Shown here: in pieces, positions 36,229-44,508 of the stretch
How the letters are laid out: each line of letters begins with the position of its first letter
How positions within the stretch are numbered: the stretch's first letter is position 1
Origin: a virus
Taxonomy: Duplodnaviria > Caudoviricetes
Virus record (IMG/VR): IMGVR_UViG_3300033121_001301
Coordinates: 21,273 to 85,272 of that record
DNA: 64,000 bases
Reading direction: 5' to 3' (one strand)
Notes under the pieces: generated by a model
Databases searched by the model: none
Told to the model about the DNA's origin: nothing
What the model saw: the letters and a program-made list of their open reading frames with translations, nothing else
Position numbers and translations under genes: made by a program

Positions 36229-37388
36229 GTTATTTCCACCCAATCCGACATCGAAAATGTGACGTTAGGGAGTAACGGAGGAGAGTTAAAGTTTGGATTG
36301 CTGATTGGTGGTGGATTGAATATTTGACCAACCACGGTGACGCTAGGGGTGTTGTATTCGATGTACTCGGCTTGAGCTGTCATTGTACCTCCACCAGGCC
36401 AACCTATTCCTTCGGGGATGGCATTCACGGATCCCCCGCCAATCGCGGGAATTTGATCAATCAGCAAAAAAGCATTAAGACCATTAGTGTTCTCATCTAC
36501 AACTGAAGTTAAAACAAGATAGCGTTTCAAAGTGAATTTAATAAAAAACCTCGAGCCCCGTACACCTGAAGGTTCTCCATTAAATATGTTGCCAGTCAAT
36601 TGCCTGCACGACATGGAAAGATGGCCAGTCGTGACTGTAGTGAAAGAGACAGTTTGAGTTTCTGACCCCTGGCAGTCAGGTGGTCTTTGAACGAAGGTTA
36701 TTGGCCCAGACCCTATGGGATCTGGAACCCATCCGTATTTTTTATAGGTTGTTGTGACATGGACATCTGGCCCTAATTTCACAGCTTCCAATGTGTAGAG
36801 GTCGGGTGGCAGATAAGCCCCACTAAAGGCAAGACTCAGAGTTATTCCAGCATCTACTGCACCTTGTATCATTTGCTCAGCAAAAGGATCAGCTATGAAG
36901 TTTAACGAAGAGATAGCATGCGTTGCTTCGTTGCCAACAACTCTCGAGCTCCAATAGGGTGTACCCTCTAATGGTGGCCATTTATTGAAAAACGAAAATA
37001 ACCAGTCTGGGTATTCGATCGCAGCCACACCATTGCCGACTGGCTCCCAAGAAACCGTAATTTTCCTTGGATACTTATTACCGCAGGTGTCTTGAGGTGG
37101 ACCACCAGTAACTGGAGTGCAGCCTAATTCGGGCTTTGTTATCTTGGGGATGTCTTCTAGTGGATCGTCAAATTCAACACAGATCGGTGGAGCATCTTTG
37201 CTGAGTTTGAATTCTCTGTCTACCGCATCTCTGACACCAGAAAGCAAAGATGGGCTGTCTGCTGGTGCCCTGGGAGCAATCGGCGGGCTGGTAGGGGTTA
37301 TCGGTGGTTCAACTGGGGTAGTCGGTCCCGACTTACTAAACCAGTTCTTGAACCAGCTGTTAAACCATTTTGGATACCAGGAAGCCAT
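36225..37388 (-). CDS. fibre/adhesin-like protein, cassette C
   Basis: Pro/Thr/Ser-rich N-terminus, C..EDIPKITK..GC motif, beta-rich domain; AT-rich. Confidence 0.55.
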   Translation of the reverse strand: MASWYPKWFNSWFKNWFSKSGPTTPVEPPITPTSPPIAPRAPADSPSLLSGVRDAVDREFKLSKDAPPICVEFDDPLEDIPKITKPELGCTPVTGGPPQDTCGNKYPRKITVSWEPVGNGVAAIEYPDWLFSFFNKWPPLEGTPYWSSRVVGNEATHAISSLNFIADPFAEQMIQGAVDAGITLSLAFSGAYLPPDLYTLEAVKLGPDVHVTTTYKKYGWVPDPIGSGPITFVQRPPDCQGSETQTVSFTTVTTGHLSMSCRQLTGNIFNGEPSGVRGSRFFIKFTLKRYLVLTSVVDENTNGLNAFLLIDQIPAIGGGSVNAIPEGIGWPGGGTMTAQAEYIEYNTPSVTVVGQIFNPPPISNPNFNSPPLLPNVTFSMSDWVEIT

Positions 37389-37415
37389 TCGTTACTCGCA
37401 AGTTCAGATGAAAGA

Positions 37416-38156
37416 TCAAGCCGCTGTGGTTGTCTCAGGAACTGGAGTTGAAGCAGTAGCGGTCAATGTAGTAGTTGGTGCGGCAGTTGTTGAAGCGGTC
37501 GAGGAGGTATTTGGATCTGGAGTCGTTGTGCAACATCCAATGCTTAGCAATGGAATGTTATTCCAATACTCTCGAGCCACCACTGTCACCATCGGTTCCT
37601 TAACAGTCTGCTCAGTGCTGTTGTCACTCAAGTAGGGCAAACCCAAGTTACTTCCTGACGTGTCGTAGAACGACTGAGTCGCTGTAAAGGGAGTGCTTCC
37701 ATCTCGACAGATGTAAGTGATCTGCCCCATCGGGTCTGCGTGAGCTATTGGAGGGGCTCCATCAGCACAGAGAAGTCTTTCAACTTCTCCAACTACTGGA
37801 ACTCCCTCTCCGTTGCTTTTTACGGTGTTGCGTGGATCCCAGACCACGTCAAAAAGGTTCTCCTGTGGTTCTGCCTCTACATTGCCGATGGTTACCCCAG
37901 CTGGAACATCAATGTCTGGAGTAGTGAAAGAGTCAACAGCCACAGCTGATACTGTCAGCAGTCGTTGAGACTGCATGGTCAAGACATGCGATGGTAGCTT
38001 GGGCCAGCAGTCAACCTTCATCGGTGCAGTGGCTTTGATGACAGTCCCTTGTGGCAGCTCTACCATCAACGAATGCACGTCGAGACCACCACCAGGGCTG
38101 CAGGTGATGTCGGTGATGATCTTGATCTGATAAGCCATCTGTGGCTCATTCATCAC
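37416..38156 (-). CDS. tail-associated protein with mucin-like Thr/Ser/Pro C-terminal tail
   Basis: Ends in CCTTTPDPNTSSTASTTAAPTTTLTATASTPVPETTTAA. Confidence 0.6.
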   Translation of the reverse strand: MMNEPQMAYQIKIITDITCSPGGGLDVHSLMVELPQGTVIKATAPMKVDCWPKLPSHVLTMQSQRLLTVSAVAVDSFTTPDIDVPAGVTIGNVEAEPQENLFDVVWDPRNTVKSNGEGVPVVGEVERLLCADGAPPIAHADPMGQITYICRDGSTPFTATQSFYDTSGSNLGLPYLSDNSTEQTVKEPMVTVVAREYWNNIPLLSIGCCTTTPDPNTSSTASTTAAPTTTLTATASTPVPETTTAA

Positions 38157-39277
38157 TTCACCTTGGCAAAGATAGCTGGAATGATGGCCGTCAGCTCGTT
38201 GGCGCTCGATGGGAACGTCGCAGGTAGAGAGCTGTAGGTGTAATCAATCGCGTAGCCCAGCACCGGGTCGAGGAAGCCATTGTCCCAACCCATGTAAGCC
38301 CAGGCACCTTCTTTGGGAATCGAGTACAAGCCCATGCTGGAAGAGTTAGCCAGGACAACCAACCATACCAGTTGACCAGCAGCTAAGACCGTGTCGGTGA
38401 TTGAAATGGACTTCGGGCCTGCGCTACCGCCGTTGAAAACACCGTTGGCAGCTGTAAGCAAGCTTCCTGGGTAATTTCCTGCGTTAGCATAAATTCCTAG
38501 TTTGCCCTCATCTCCTGGATTACCAGCAGCAAGGATCTTGATACCAAGCTCGCTCAGCGTCACTCCACCGGGGGCGGCGAAGGGAACAGCCAGCAGCTGA
38601 TTTCCAGGCAGGTTAGCATTGGCACCCATTGGGGAGAAGCTAATTGGCCCCAGGTACCACCTTCCTGAAGCCATAGCGGGCAAAGCAGCCGGTCCGGTGG
38701 CTCCGGTGGCTCCGGTGGCTCCAACGGCTCCTGTGGTGCCTGGGATGCCCTGGATGCCCTGCAGACCTTGAAGTGGCAGATATTCGCCCGCGTTGTACAA
38801 GAAGGCACCACCCTGGCCGTCAGCGAACAGAAGAGGGTGCTGGATGCCAGCTGTGGGTCGAATACTCAGCAACAGCCCGGCAGTGGTCTGGGAGACGTAA
38901 TAGATGCCAGCTGCTGGGATAGCTTCCCCGGTAGAGGCTGTCAGATCGATGGAAGTGATGTAACCACCCATCTGCACATCGCATAGCACGTCCCCATGCT
39001 TGGCAATGCACAAGCCGACCGCTGGTCGAACGCCAGCGATCGCAGGCTCAAACGAATTGGTCGGTGCCCACCAGCACACAGGCATGCCCACTGCAACAGC
39101 TGCCACGCAGCGATTGTTAGTGGCAATGATTCTATTTGAGCTGATGGCTGCAAGCTCTTGCTGCAGGAGTTGTTGATTGTTTGACAGCTGCTGTAAAGGC
39201 TTATTCAACGAAGAAGCATTGATATCGCCTGTCTCAGCCTGGGTCAGGGAATCTACTGGTGCAAGGACAATGGCCAC
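38153..39277 (-). CDS. tail fibre protein with collagen-like segment
   Basis: GLQGIQGIPGTTGAVGATGATGATGP (Gly-X-Y) followed by a beta-sandwich-like C-terminus; follows the baseplate genes. Confidence 0.75.
   Translation of the reverse strand: MAIVLAPVDSLTQAETGDINASSLNKPLQQLSNNQQLLQQELAAISSNRIIATNNRCVAAVAVGMPVCWWAPTNSFEPAIAGVRPAVGLCIAKHGDVLCDVQMGGYITSIDLTASTGEAIPAAGIYYVSQTTAGLLLSIRPTAGIQHPLLFADGQGGAFLYNAGEYLPLQGLQGIQGIPGTTGAVGATGATGATGPAALPAMASGRWYLGPISFSPMGANANLPGNQLLAVPFAAPGGVTLSELGIKILAAGNPGDEGKLGIYANAGNYPGSLLTAANGVFNGGSAGPKSISITDTVLAAGQLVWLVVLANSSSMGLYSIPKEGAWAYMGWDNGFLDPVLGYAIDYTYSSLPATFPSSANELTAIIPAIFAKVK
38694..38729. repeat. 9-bp tandem repeat encoding collagen-like Gly-Ala-Thr units
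   Basis: CCGGTGGCT x3 plus CCAACGGCT. Confidence 0.85.
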
Positions 39278-39288
39278 AAGAAGTCTCC

Positions 39289-39807
39289 CTAGACACCAAA
39301 TGTGAGTGGGTATTTGGCCTGGAAGTTACCCGAGGGCTTGAGCACTTGCTCTCCACCAGACGAGTAATAGGCACGTTGAATGAGGATATCTTTGCTTCGA
39401 TCAGTCCAGTCAGATACAGCCACCAGAGCTAATCCATAGATCTTGGAATTGCTGGCGTTAGCAAAGGCTCTACCAAGCTCTCCAGCAACAGCAGCTGTTT
39501 CTGCTCGAAGTGTCAGTGTGTTACCCTCACCGTCTCCGAAGTAGGGTGTGAACCCCGAAGCGATCGAAAGCTCAGAGGGGCCAACGATAGGGGCTCTGAT
39601 GAAATCCCGGTCTGCAGCCAGATTGTTGTAGTATTCCAGACCTTCTGCTGGAGTTGCAGAAGGAACGGCTGCTGTGTCGCCAGGCAAAGCTACGTTCATG
39701 AACTCGATGTAAATGCAATTGATCGGATGAGTGTTATCTCCCCGCATCTGCTTGGCCAAGGCCATGCCGCCCCGGTAAGGATTCACAAAAGTAGCACTCA
39801 TTACCAC
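39289..39807 (-). CDS. baseplate/tail-fibre attachment-type protein
   Basis: Between the wedge and fibre genes; beta-rich. Confidence 0.5.
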   Translation of the reverse strand: MVMSATFVNPYRGGMALAKQMRGDNTHPINCIYIEFMNVALPGDTAAVPSATPAEGLEYYNNLAADRDFIRAPIVGPSELSIASGFTPYFGDGEGNTLTLRAETAAVAGELGRAFANASNSKIYGLALVAVSDWTDRSKDILIQRAYYSSGGEQVLKPSGNFQAKYPLTFGV

Positions 39808-41243
39808 ACTCCAATAGTTGGGTTGCCACCAAATGACGTGCCAACACCCAGTCCATAATAGCCAGCTGTACCCTGGAACACCACGCCGAACTCAGGTTCA
39901 ACACCCACAGGTCCAGGGTAAGTTCCACCCAGTACTTCATGTTTTACGATTGTCTTCAGCATCTGGTGACCTGGAATCAGTTTTTGCAGGGCATTGAGGA
40001 ACTCAAAGCCACTGACTGAATTTACCTGATTGGTGTCCACAGACAGCAAGATGACATTGAAGCGAAACAAGTTCTCCAGCAGCAGATCCACCATTGGATT
40101 CATGTCCGTTGGCAGGTGCATGGCTTCTGGTTCGGTAGTGGGGTTTTCCCTGCTATCCAGGCTTTGGGCCAGGGTCATACCAGCTGTGATTCCTCGCGTG
40201 TGTACGTCATTCCAATAGGTCTCTACCGACAAAGCATCTCCGTAGAGAGGCAGTGTCAGCTTGGTGTAATTGGCCTGCGTGGAGACTGTGGTTGGCAGCA
40301 GCTGATTGGGGAAGATGATGTCACTATGGTAGTCAGGGCCAAGCTCAGACTGGCTGATAGCCAAAGATGGCAGATCCACATCCCCAGGTTTGTTGATGTT
40401 GTACCACTTGATGGCTGAGCTGATCTGCTGACCCTTCTTGAGCTTATCCCCCACAGCCACGGTGATCGTGACTGTCGTAGGGTAGTGGTAGACAGACTTG
40501 TCAGTGATCACCAGCTTCTCGTCAGGGTACACCAGCAGGTATTTGACTACCTCATCGTGGATTTCACAGACAGGGTTACCGAAGGCTCTACCAAGGCCGA
40601 TTGTCATGTTCTCCAGGTTGCAGCCGTGGGTGAGACAATCCTTGAGGGAGAAAAGCGCTTTTCTCTGATCTTCATTTGTGACAGTGGGGTAGCTGAGTAG
40701 CCAGCCCCAGTTCTTCGCGATCGGAGAATCTGCTATTTTCGGCTCAGAAATGCGGAATTCCATGAAGCGATCAGCTTCCAGGTTATCAGCGTCAAGTTCC
40801 ACAAATAGCGAATCTGAATTAGTGGCAAGGATGTCTACAGGGAAGAGAATTCGAAGTCCATCTCCCCAGGGCTCCAGTTGGAAATCGATGCCCCGAAACA
40901 GCACCAAACCTGTTTCAAACATGGAGACTGAAAGCTCGTCGAAGTACACAACTTCAGGCAGTTCAAACCAAAACAAGCCACTGCTGGTCTTTTGCTTCTC
41001 ACTTACCTTGAGCACCAGCTTCTTCGGAGGCAGGATGTTCTGCAGCAGGGTGTTCTCAATGAAAGCCAGGTTGTTGTACTGGTAAGAGAGCTTCCACACG
41101 TCATCAAACGAAAACACCAACGCATTGCACAATGCTCGATAGAACTCCCGGTCACCAGACAGGGCATTGAAATAAGTTCCAAGTGCTCGCTGAAGTGCAG
41201 AAGCTATTGCTGGTAAGTCAGCGTCGTTGATGTTGTATTTCAT
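39801..41243 (-). CDS. baseplate wedge subunit
   Basis: Follows the baseplate J-like gene in canonical order; 480 aa. Confidence 0.6.
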   Translation of the reverse strand: MKYNINDADLPAIASALQRALGTYFNALSGDREFYRALCNALVFSFDDVWKLSYQYNNLAFIENTLLQNILPPKKLVLKVSEKQKTSSGLFWFELPEVVYFDELSVSMFETGLVLFRGIDFQLEPWGDGLRILFPVDILATNSDSLFVELDADNLEADRFMEFRISEPKIADSPIAKNWGWLLSYPTVTNEDQRKALFSLKDCLTHGCNLENMTIGLGRAFGNPVCEIHDEVVKYLLVYPDEKLVITDKSVYHYPTTVTITVAVGDKLKKGQQISSAIKWYNINKPGDVDLPSLAISQSELGPDYHSDIIFPNQLLPTTVSTQANYTKLTLPLYGDALSVETYWNDVHTRGITAGMTLAQSLDSRENPTTEPEAMHLPTDMNPMVDLLLENLFRFNVILLSVDTNQVNSVSGFEFLNALQKLIPGHQMLKTIVKHEVLGGTYPGPVGVEPEFGVVFQGTAGYYGLGVGTSFGGNPTIGVW

Positions 41244-42877
41244 CGGATGGTCACGCTCACTTGATCTTGGCTGGAGTAGAACGCCACCGTTTTCCAGGTG
41301 AGCAGATTGTCTGGGTCATCTGGTATCGTGATTTTGGTTCCGTCATAACCGACAGTTAAATTATCGTTATCGATCGTCTTGATGCTGCAAGTCATGGAAG
41401 TAACTGCAACCACCAGGCTGGGGTTCACACTTCTCGCAGCAGCAGCCACGTCAGCTACCGTCAGTGTTTTAGTAAACAGCTGACCGTTGATCATTTGGAT
41501 GACAGCACTCTTGGCAGCATCAGCAGAGCTGGAAGCGTTTGGGCCAGAAAGCTCAATGGCTAGGAACACCTGCGCTGGAGCTGCATGACGTACCAACACG
41601 TCGCCAGCGCCACTGCGGATAGCTGGAGAACCCAGGTATTGCTGCAGCTCAGCAATCTTGGGATCGAAATAGGTCAACGCCAGATAAGACCGGGAAGCCC
41701 CAACATTGACACTGGTCACGTCATATCGATTGTCTTCGAATAGCACCTGAAGATTGCAGAACTCAGAAAAGGCGGCTTCTTTGACGCTTCGCACGTCCGG
41801 TATGTATCTCTCACCCTCCAGTGGAGCCAGGTTAGTCTGGTCAGCCGCCAGTACAAACACTTCGGAGCTTGGATAGAACTTGGTACCGCTTTGATTGTCT
41901 TGAGCAACGATGTTGACAATCTTGTAGATGCCCGGTGCAGCAGTACCACCCAGCGTGAATGACCAGGTGCCGATTGATCCAACCTTAGAAACAAGTACAG
42001 CACTTACTGTGACCGCTTCAGAGTACAGTCCAGCCCGGTTCTTCACCCACAAGTCCACCCTGCCACCAGTTGCACCTGGAAGCACTCCTCGGCGGTCTCT
42101 CTGCTGCTCAGCATCACCGAAGCCAGCTACAGAAATGTCTATCAGTTCAGGGTAATTCCCAGTGCTTCTGGCCATGGCTTCGAAGGAATTGCGACCAGAC
42201 CAGCTCTTGACCGAGCTTTCACTGAGAGCCCTGTCAGCCAGCTGCTCGTCAGTTTCAGCTGCTTTACCAGTTCCAGCTGACTTGACTACTTTGACTTCAA
42301 CCAGATTGGATACGCTCTTGGAGAGAGTCAGCAAAGTGTCTACAGCCAGGTTGTACTCGGAACCCACAGCCCTGGCAGTGAGGCTAAGTACAATACCCCA
42401 TCTCCCAGTTCCAATCTGAGACAGCACCAGATCCGTGCTGGTTACCACTGTTGAGCGAGAGCTTCTGACGCTGACTGACTGAGCTACAGAGAACTTGGCT
42501 GAACCGCTGTAAACATAATCGGCAGTCGAAAGGCTGAACGGAGCTGCACTGGAAAAAGAGAACAACACATTGATGGTGTTCTTTGTTCCAGCTTCTCTGG
42601 TCATTCCAAACATGCCAGCAACTTTGTCAGCTTGTTCGGTGGTCAGTTCACCCTTTGACAAAGACTCCAGGTTCAGCTTGTCGATGTCTTCCAGCAGGTT
42701 GGTGACGGTACTGGCTAACAACAAGCCGTGCAGATAGGGAAGAAGACGGAAAGCCGCCTGGCGATTGAAATCAATGCCAACACCGAGTTCATTGAGCCTG
42801 GTGGTCAGGTTTTCAGTTGTCCCGTCCACAGTTGTCTGTGGCAACCCTTTCAGGCTCGGTACTTCGTAGTTAGTCAT
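41240..42877 (-). CDS. baseplate J-like wedge protein
   Basis: DKVAGMFGMTREAG, LTARAVGSEYN, GKAAETDEQL..RA and GGRVDLWV are Baseplate_J hallmarks. Confidence 0.85.
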   Translation of the reverse strand: MTNYEVPSLKGLPQTTVDGTTENLTTRLNELGVGIDFNRQAAFRLLPYLHGLLLASTVTNLLEDIDKLNLESLSKGELTTEQADKVAGMFGMTREAGTKNTINVLFSFSSAAPFSLSTADYVYSGSAKFSVAQSVSVRSSRSTVVTSTDLVLSQIGTGRWGIVLSLTARAVGSEYNLAVDTLLTLSKSVSNLVEVKVVKSAGTGKAAETDEQLADRALSESSVKSWSGRNSFEAMARSTGNYPELIDISVAGFGDAEQQRDRRGVLPGATGGRVDLWVKNRAGLYSEAVTVSAVLVSKVGSIGTWSFTLGGTAAPGIYKIVNIVAQDNQSGTKFYPSSEVFVLAADQTNLAPLEGERYIPDVRSVKEAAFSEFCNLQVLFEDNRYDVTSVNVGASRSYLALTYFDPKIAELQQYLGSPAIRSGAGDVLVRHAAPAQVFLAIELSGPNASSSADAAKSAVIQMINGQLFTKTLTVADVAAAARSVNPSLVVAVTSMTCSIKTIDNDNLTVGYDGTKITIPDDPDNLLTWKTVAFYSSQDQVSVTIR

Positions 42878-43265
42878 TGGTTGTTCCGAATGTAAACGTT
42901 CTTGTTACAAGAACTGGTGTAGCGTTGTTCCTGACGATCTCAAATGACAGTTCGATAGCATCTTTGCTGAGTATCGTCACATCAGCTAATTGAATCGTTT
43001 CATAGTCACTGTAGATCTGCTTCATCAGTGCATTCAAAGCAGGCATTGAGGAGTTAAAGACAAAAGCAACTTCACCTGGAGTTGGTGTGTTACTTCTGCC
43101 AGTCAGCATGGCTGTAATGGGCAATATCGTGGTGTTTGTTGTGTAGGGAAGAGCTTCTCCGTAATTCAGCATGAGCAGAAGAACGTCTTGAATCATGCCA
43201 GTTTCCTGGTCTAATTCTCGTTCGTCTACATTCCCTGTGTCGATGACTTTAAGATCGTTGGCCAT
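42870..43265 (-). CDS. gp25/gpW-like baseplate wedge protein (tentative)
   Basis: 131 aa immediately upstream of baseplate J. Confidence 0.45.
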   Translation of the reverse strand: MANDLKVIDTGNVDERELDQETGMIQDVLLLMLNYGEALPYTTNTTILPITAMLTGRSNTPTPGEVAFVFNSSMPALNALMKQIYSDYETIQLADVTILSKDAIELSFEIVRNNATPVLVTRTFTFGTTND

Positions 43266-43267
43266 TG

Positions 43268-43741
43268 CTACCTTCCGTGGTTTACTATGTCAAAGACAGA
43301 GTTGAGTACACAAGAAAAGACACCACCCTCGTCTCCGTCATTTTTTCCATGCCCTTTTCGTCTTGCTGCAGCATGGCACATAGCTTGAATCGGCGTGGTG
43401 TGCCTGGCGCGAAACGCTCTTTCTCTTTGTGACAAGTACCCGCTTTGAATCTGGCAAGCAGCGATGTCAGCAAGAGTGCCACGATCGGTGTCGTCGTCAC
43501 CAGGTTCAGCTCGATTAGAGGCGGTGTAAATAGCCAGCTGATAGTCGAGATCAATAGAGGATCTGTCAAAGGCTTCAGCCATTGATTCCCGGTCAAACAA
43601 ATCTCCATCCCAGGAGAGTCCGACCATGGGGGGAAACGACCATGTCCCCCCAATACCATCTTTGTGTTGAAGGTACATCTCATGGCTGTCAGCTGATAAC
43701 TGGTTCAGCGTATCGATGAGCAGTGGTGAAATCTCAACCAT
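43268..43741 (-). CDS. hypothetical protein
   Basis: 157 aa, coupled by start/stop overlap to the sigma gene. Confidence 0.6.
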   Translation of the reverse strand: MVEISPLLIDTLNQLSADSHEMYLQHKDGIGGTWSFPPMVGLSWDGDLFDRESMAEAFDRSSIDLDYQLAIYTASNRAEPGDDDTDRGTLADIAACQIQSGYLSQRERAFRARHTTPIQAMCHAAARRKGHGKNDGDEGGVFSCVLNSVFDIVNHGR

Positions 43742-44508
43742 TATCGAGCCCTCGAATGATAGTGATCGAGCTGTTCTTGCAGCTTAACTTTTCTTTGACT
43801 GATGGCTGCAGGGGTTACACCTAACTTAGCGGCGATGCCCATATTATCCAGTTTTGGTTTTCCATTGAGCCCAAACGAGTGCTCTAGCAGTACTTTGTCC
43901 TGCTCGCTGGAGTTGTGGTAAATGAAATTCAGCCAGGCTTGTTGGGGCTTGGCGTGATTCTCTACAGCTGGCAAGTCGGGAGATGCTTCAGGGTTGCTGG
44001 TGTCATAGAAGCGACCTTCGTTAATCACCGCTGGTAACCGACGCAGCTTACTCAGCTCTTTGACGTTCAGTCCGGAGAGACTGGAAATCTCATCGTCAGA
44101 AGGATCTCTTCCATTTTCGTTCTTGAAGTCACTGGTTACCCGATCCAGCCTTCGACGTTGAATAGCCATTCGCTCTGGGATGCCAACTACCATGCCCTCT
44201 TGACCAGCGTATCTCTTCAGGCTCTGGAGCTGAGAGAACACATGTGTTGGAAGCTTGGCACCACTGCTTGGCTGAAAGCTTTGTGCTGCATCCAGCGCCA
44301 GCATCTTGGCCCTGCTCTTGATGGTTGGTGAGGCAGTGGGGCCAACGTGAGTAGTAATAGCCTTCTGGATAGTGGGATTAAGCTGTTTGAGCAGGTGGGT
44401 GCTCAATGTGGGAGTCGGACTTCTCATCCATGCAGTATGCAGGTTATCCAGGGTCATATCCCCTACTGGCTGAACTCCGGAAGTGCTATTAGGGGCGAAC
44501 CTGTCCAT
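43741..44508 (-). CDS. sigma-70 family RNA polymerase sigma factor (regions 2-4)
   Basis: AAQSFQPSSGAKLPTHV (region 2), VGIPER..GRDPSDDEISSLSGL (region 3), FGLNG..DNMGIAAKLGVTPAAISQ (region 4 HTH). GGAGG RBS before ATG 44508. Confidence 0.88.
   Translation of the reverse strand: MDRFAPNSTSGVQPVGDMTLDNLHTAWMRSPTPTLSTHLLKQLNPTIQKAITTHVGPTASPTIKSRAKMLALDAAQSFQPSSGAKLPTHVFSQLQSLKRYAGQEGMVVGIPERMAIQRRRLDRVTSDFKNENGRDPSDDEISSLSGLNVKELSKLRRLPAVINEGRFYDTSNPEASPDLPAVENHAKPQQAWLNFIYHNSSEQDKVLLEHSFGLNGKPKLDNMGIAAKLGVTPAAISQRKVKLQEQLDHYHSRAR

Noticed and set aside
34331-39277. Diversity-generating retroelement or invertase-driven fibre switching
   Set aside because: No reverse transcriptase, recombinase, adenine-specific TR/VR pair or inverted crossover sites were seen in the window.
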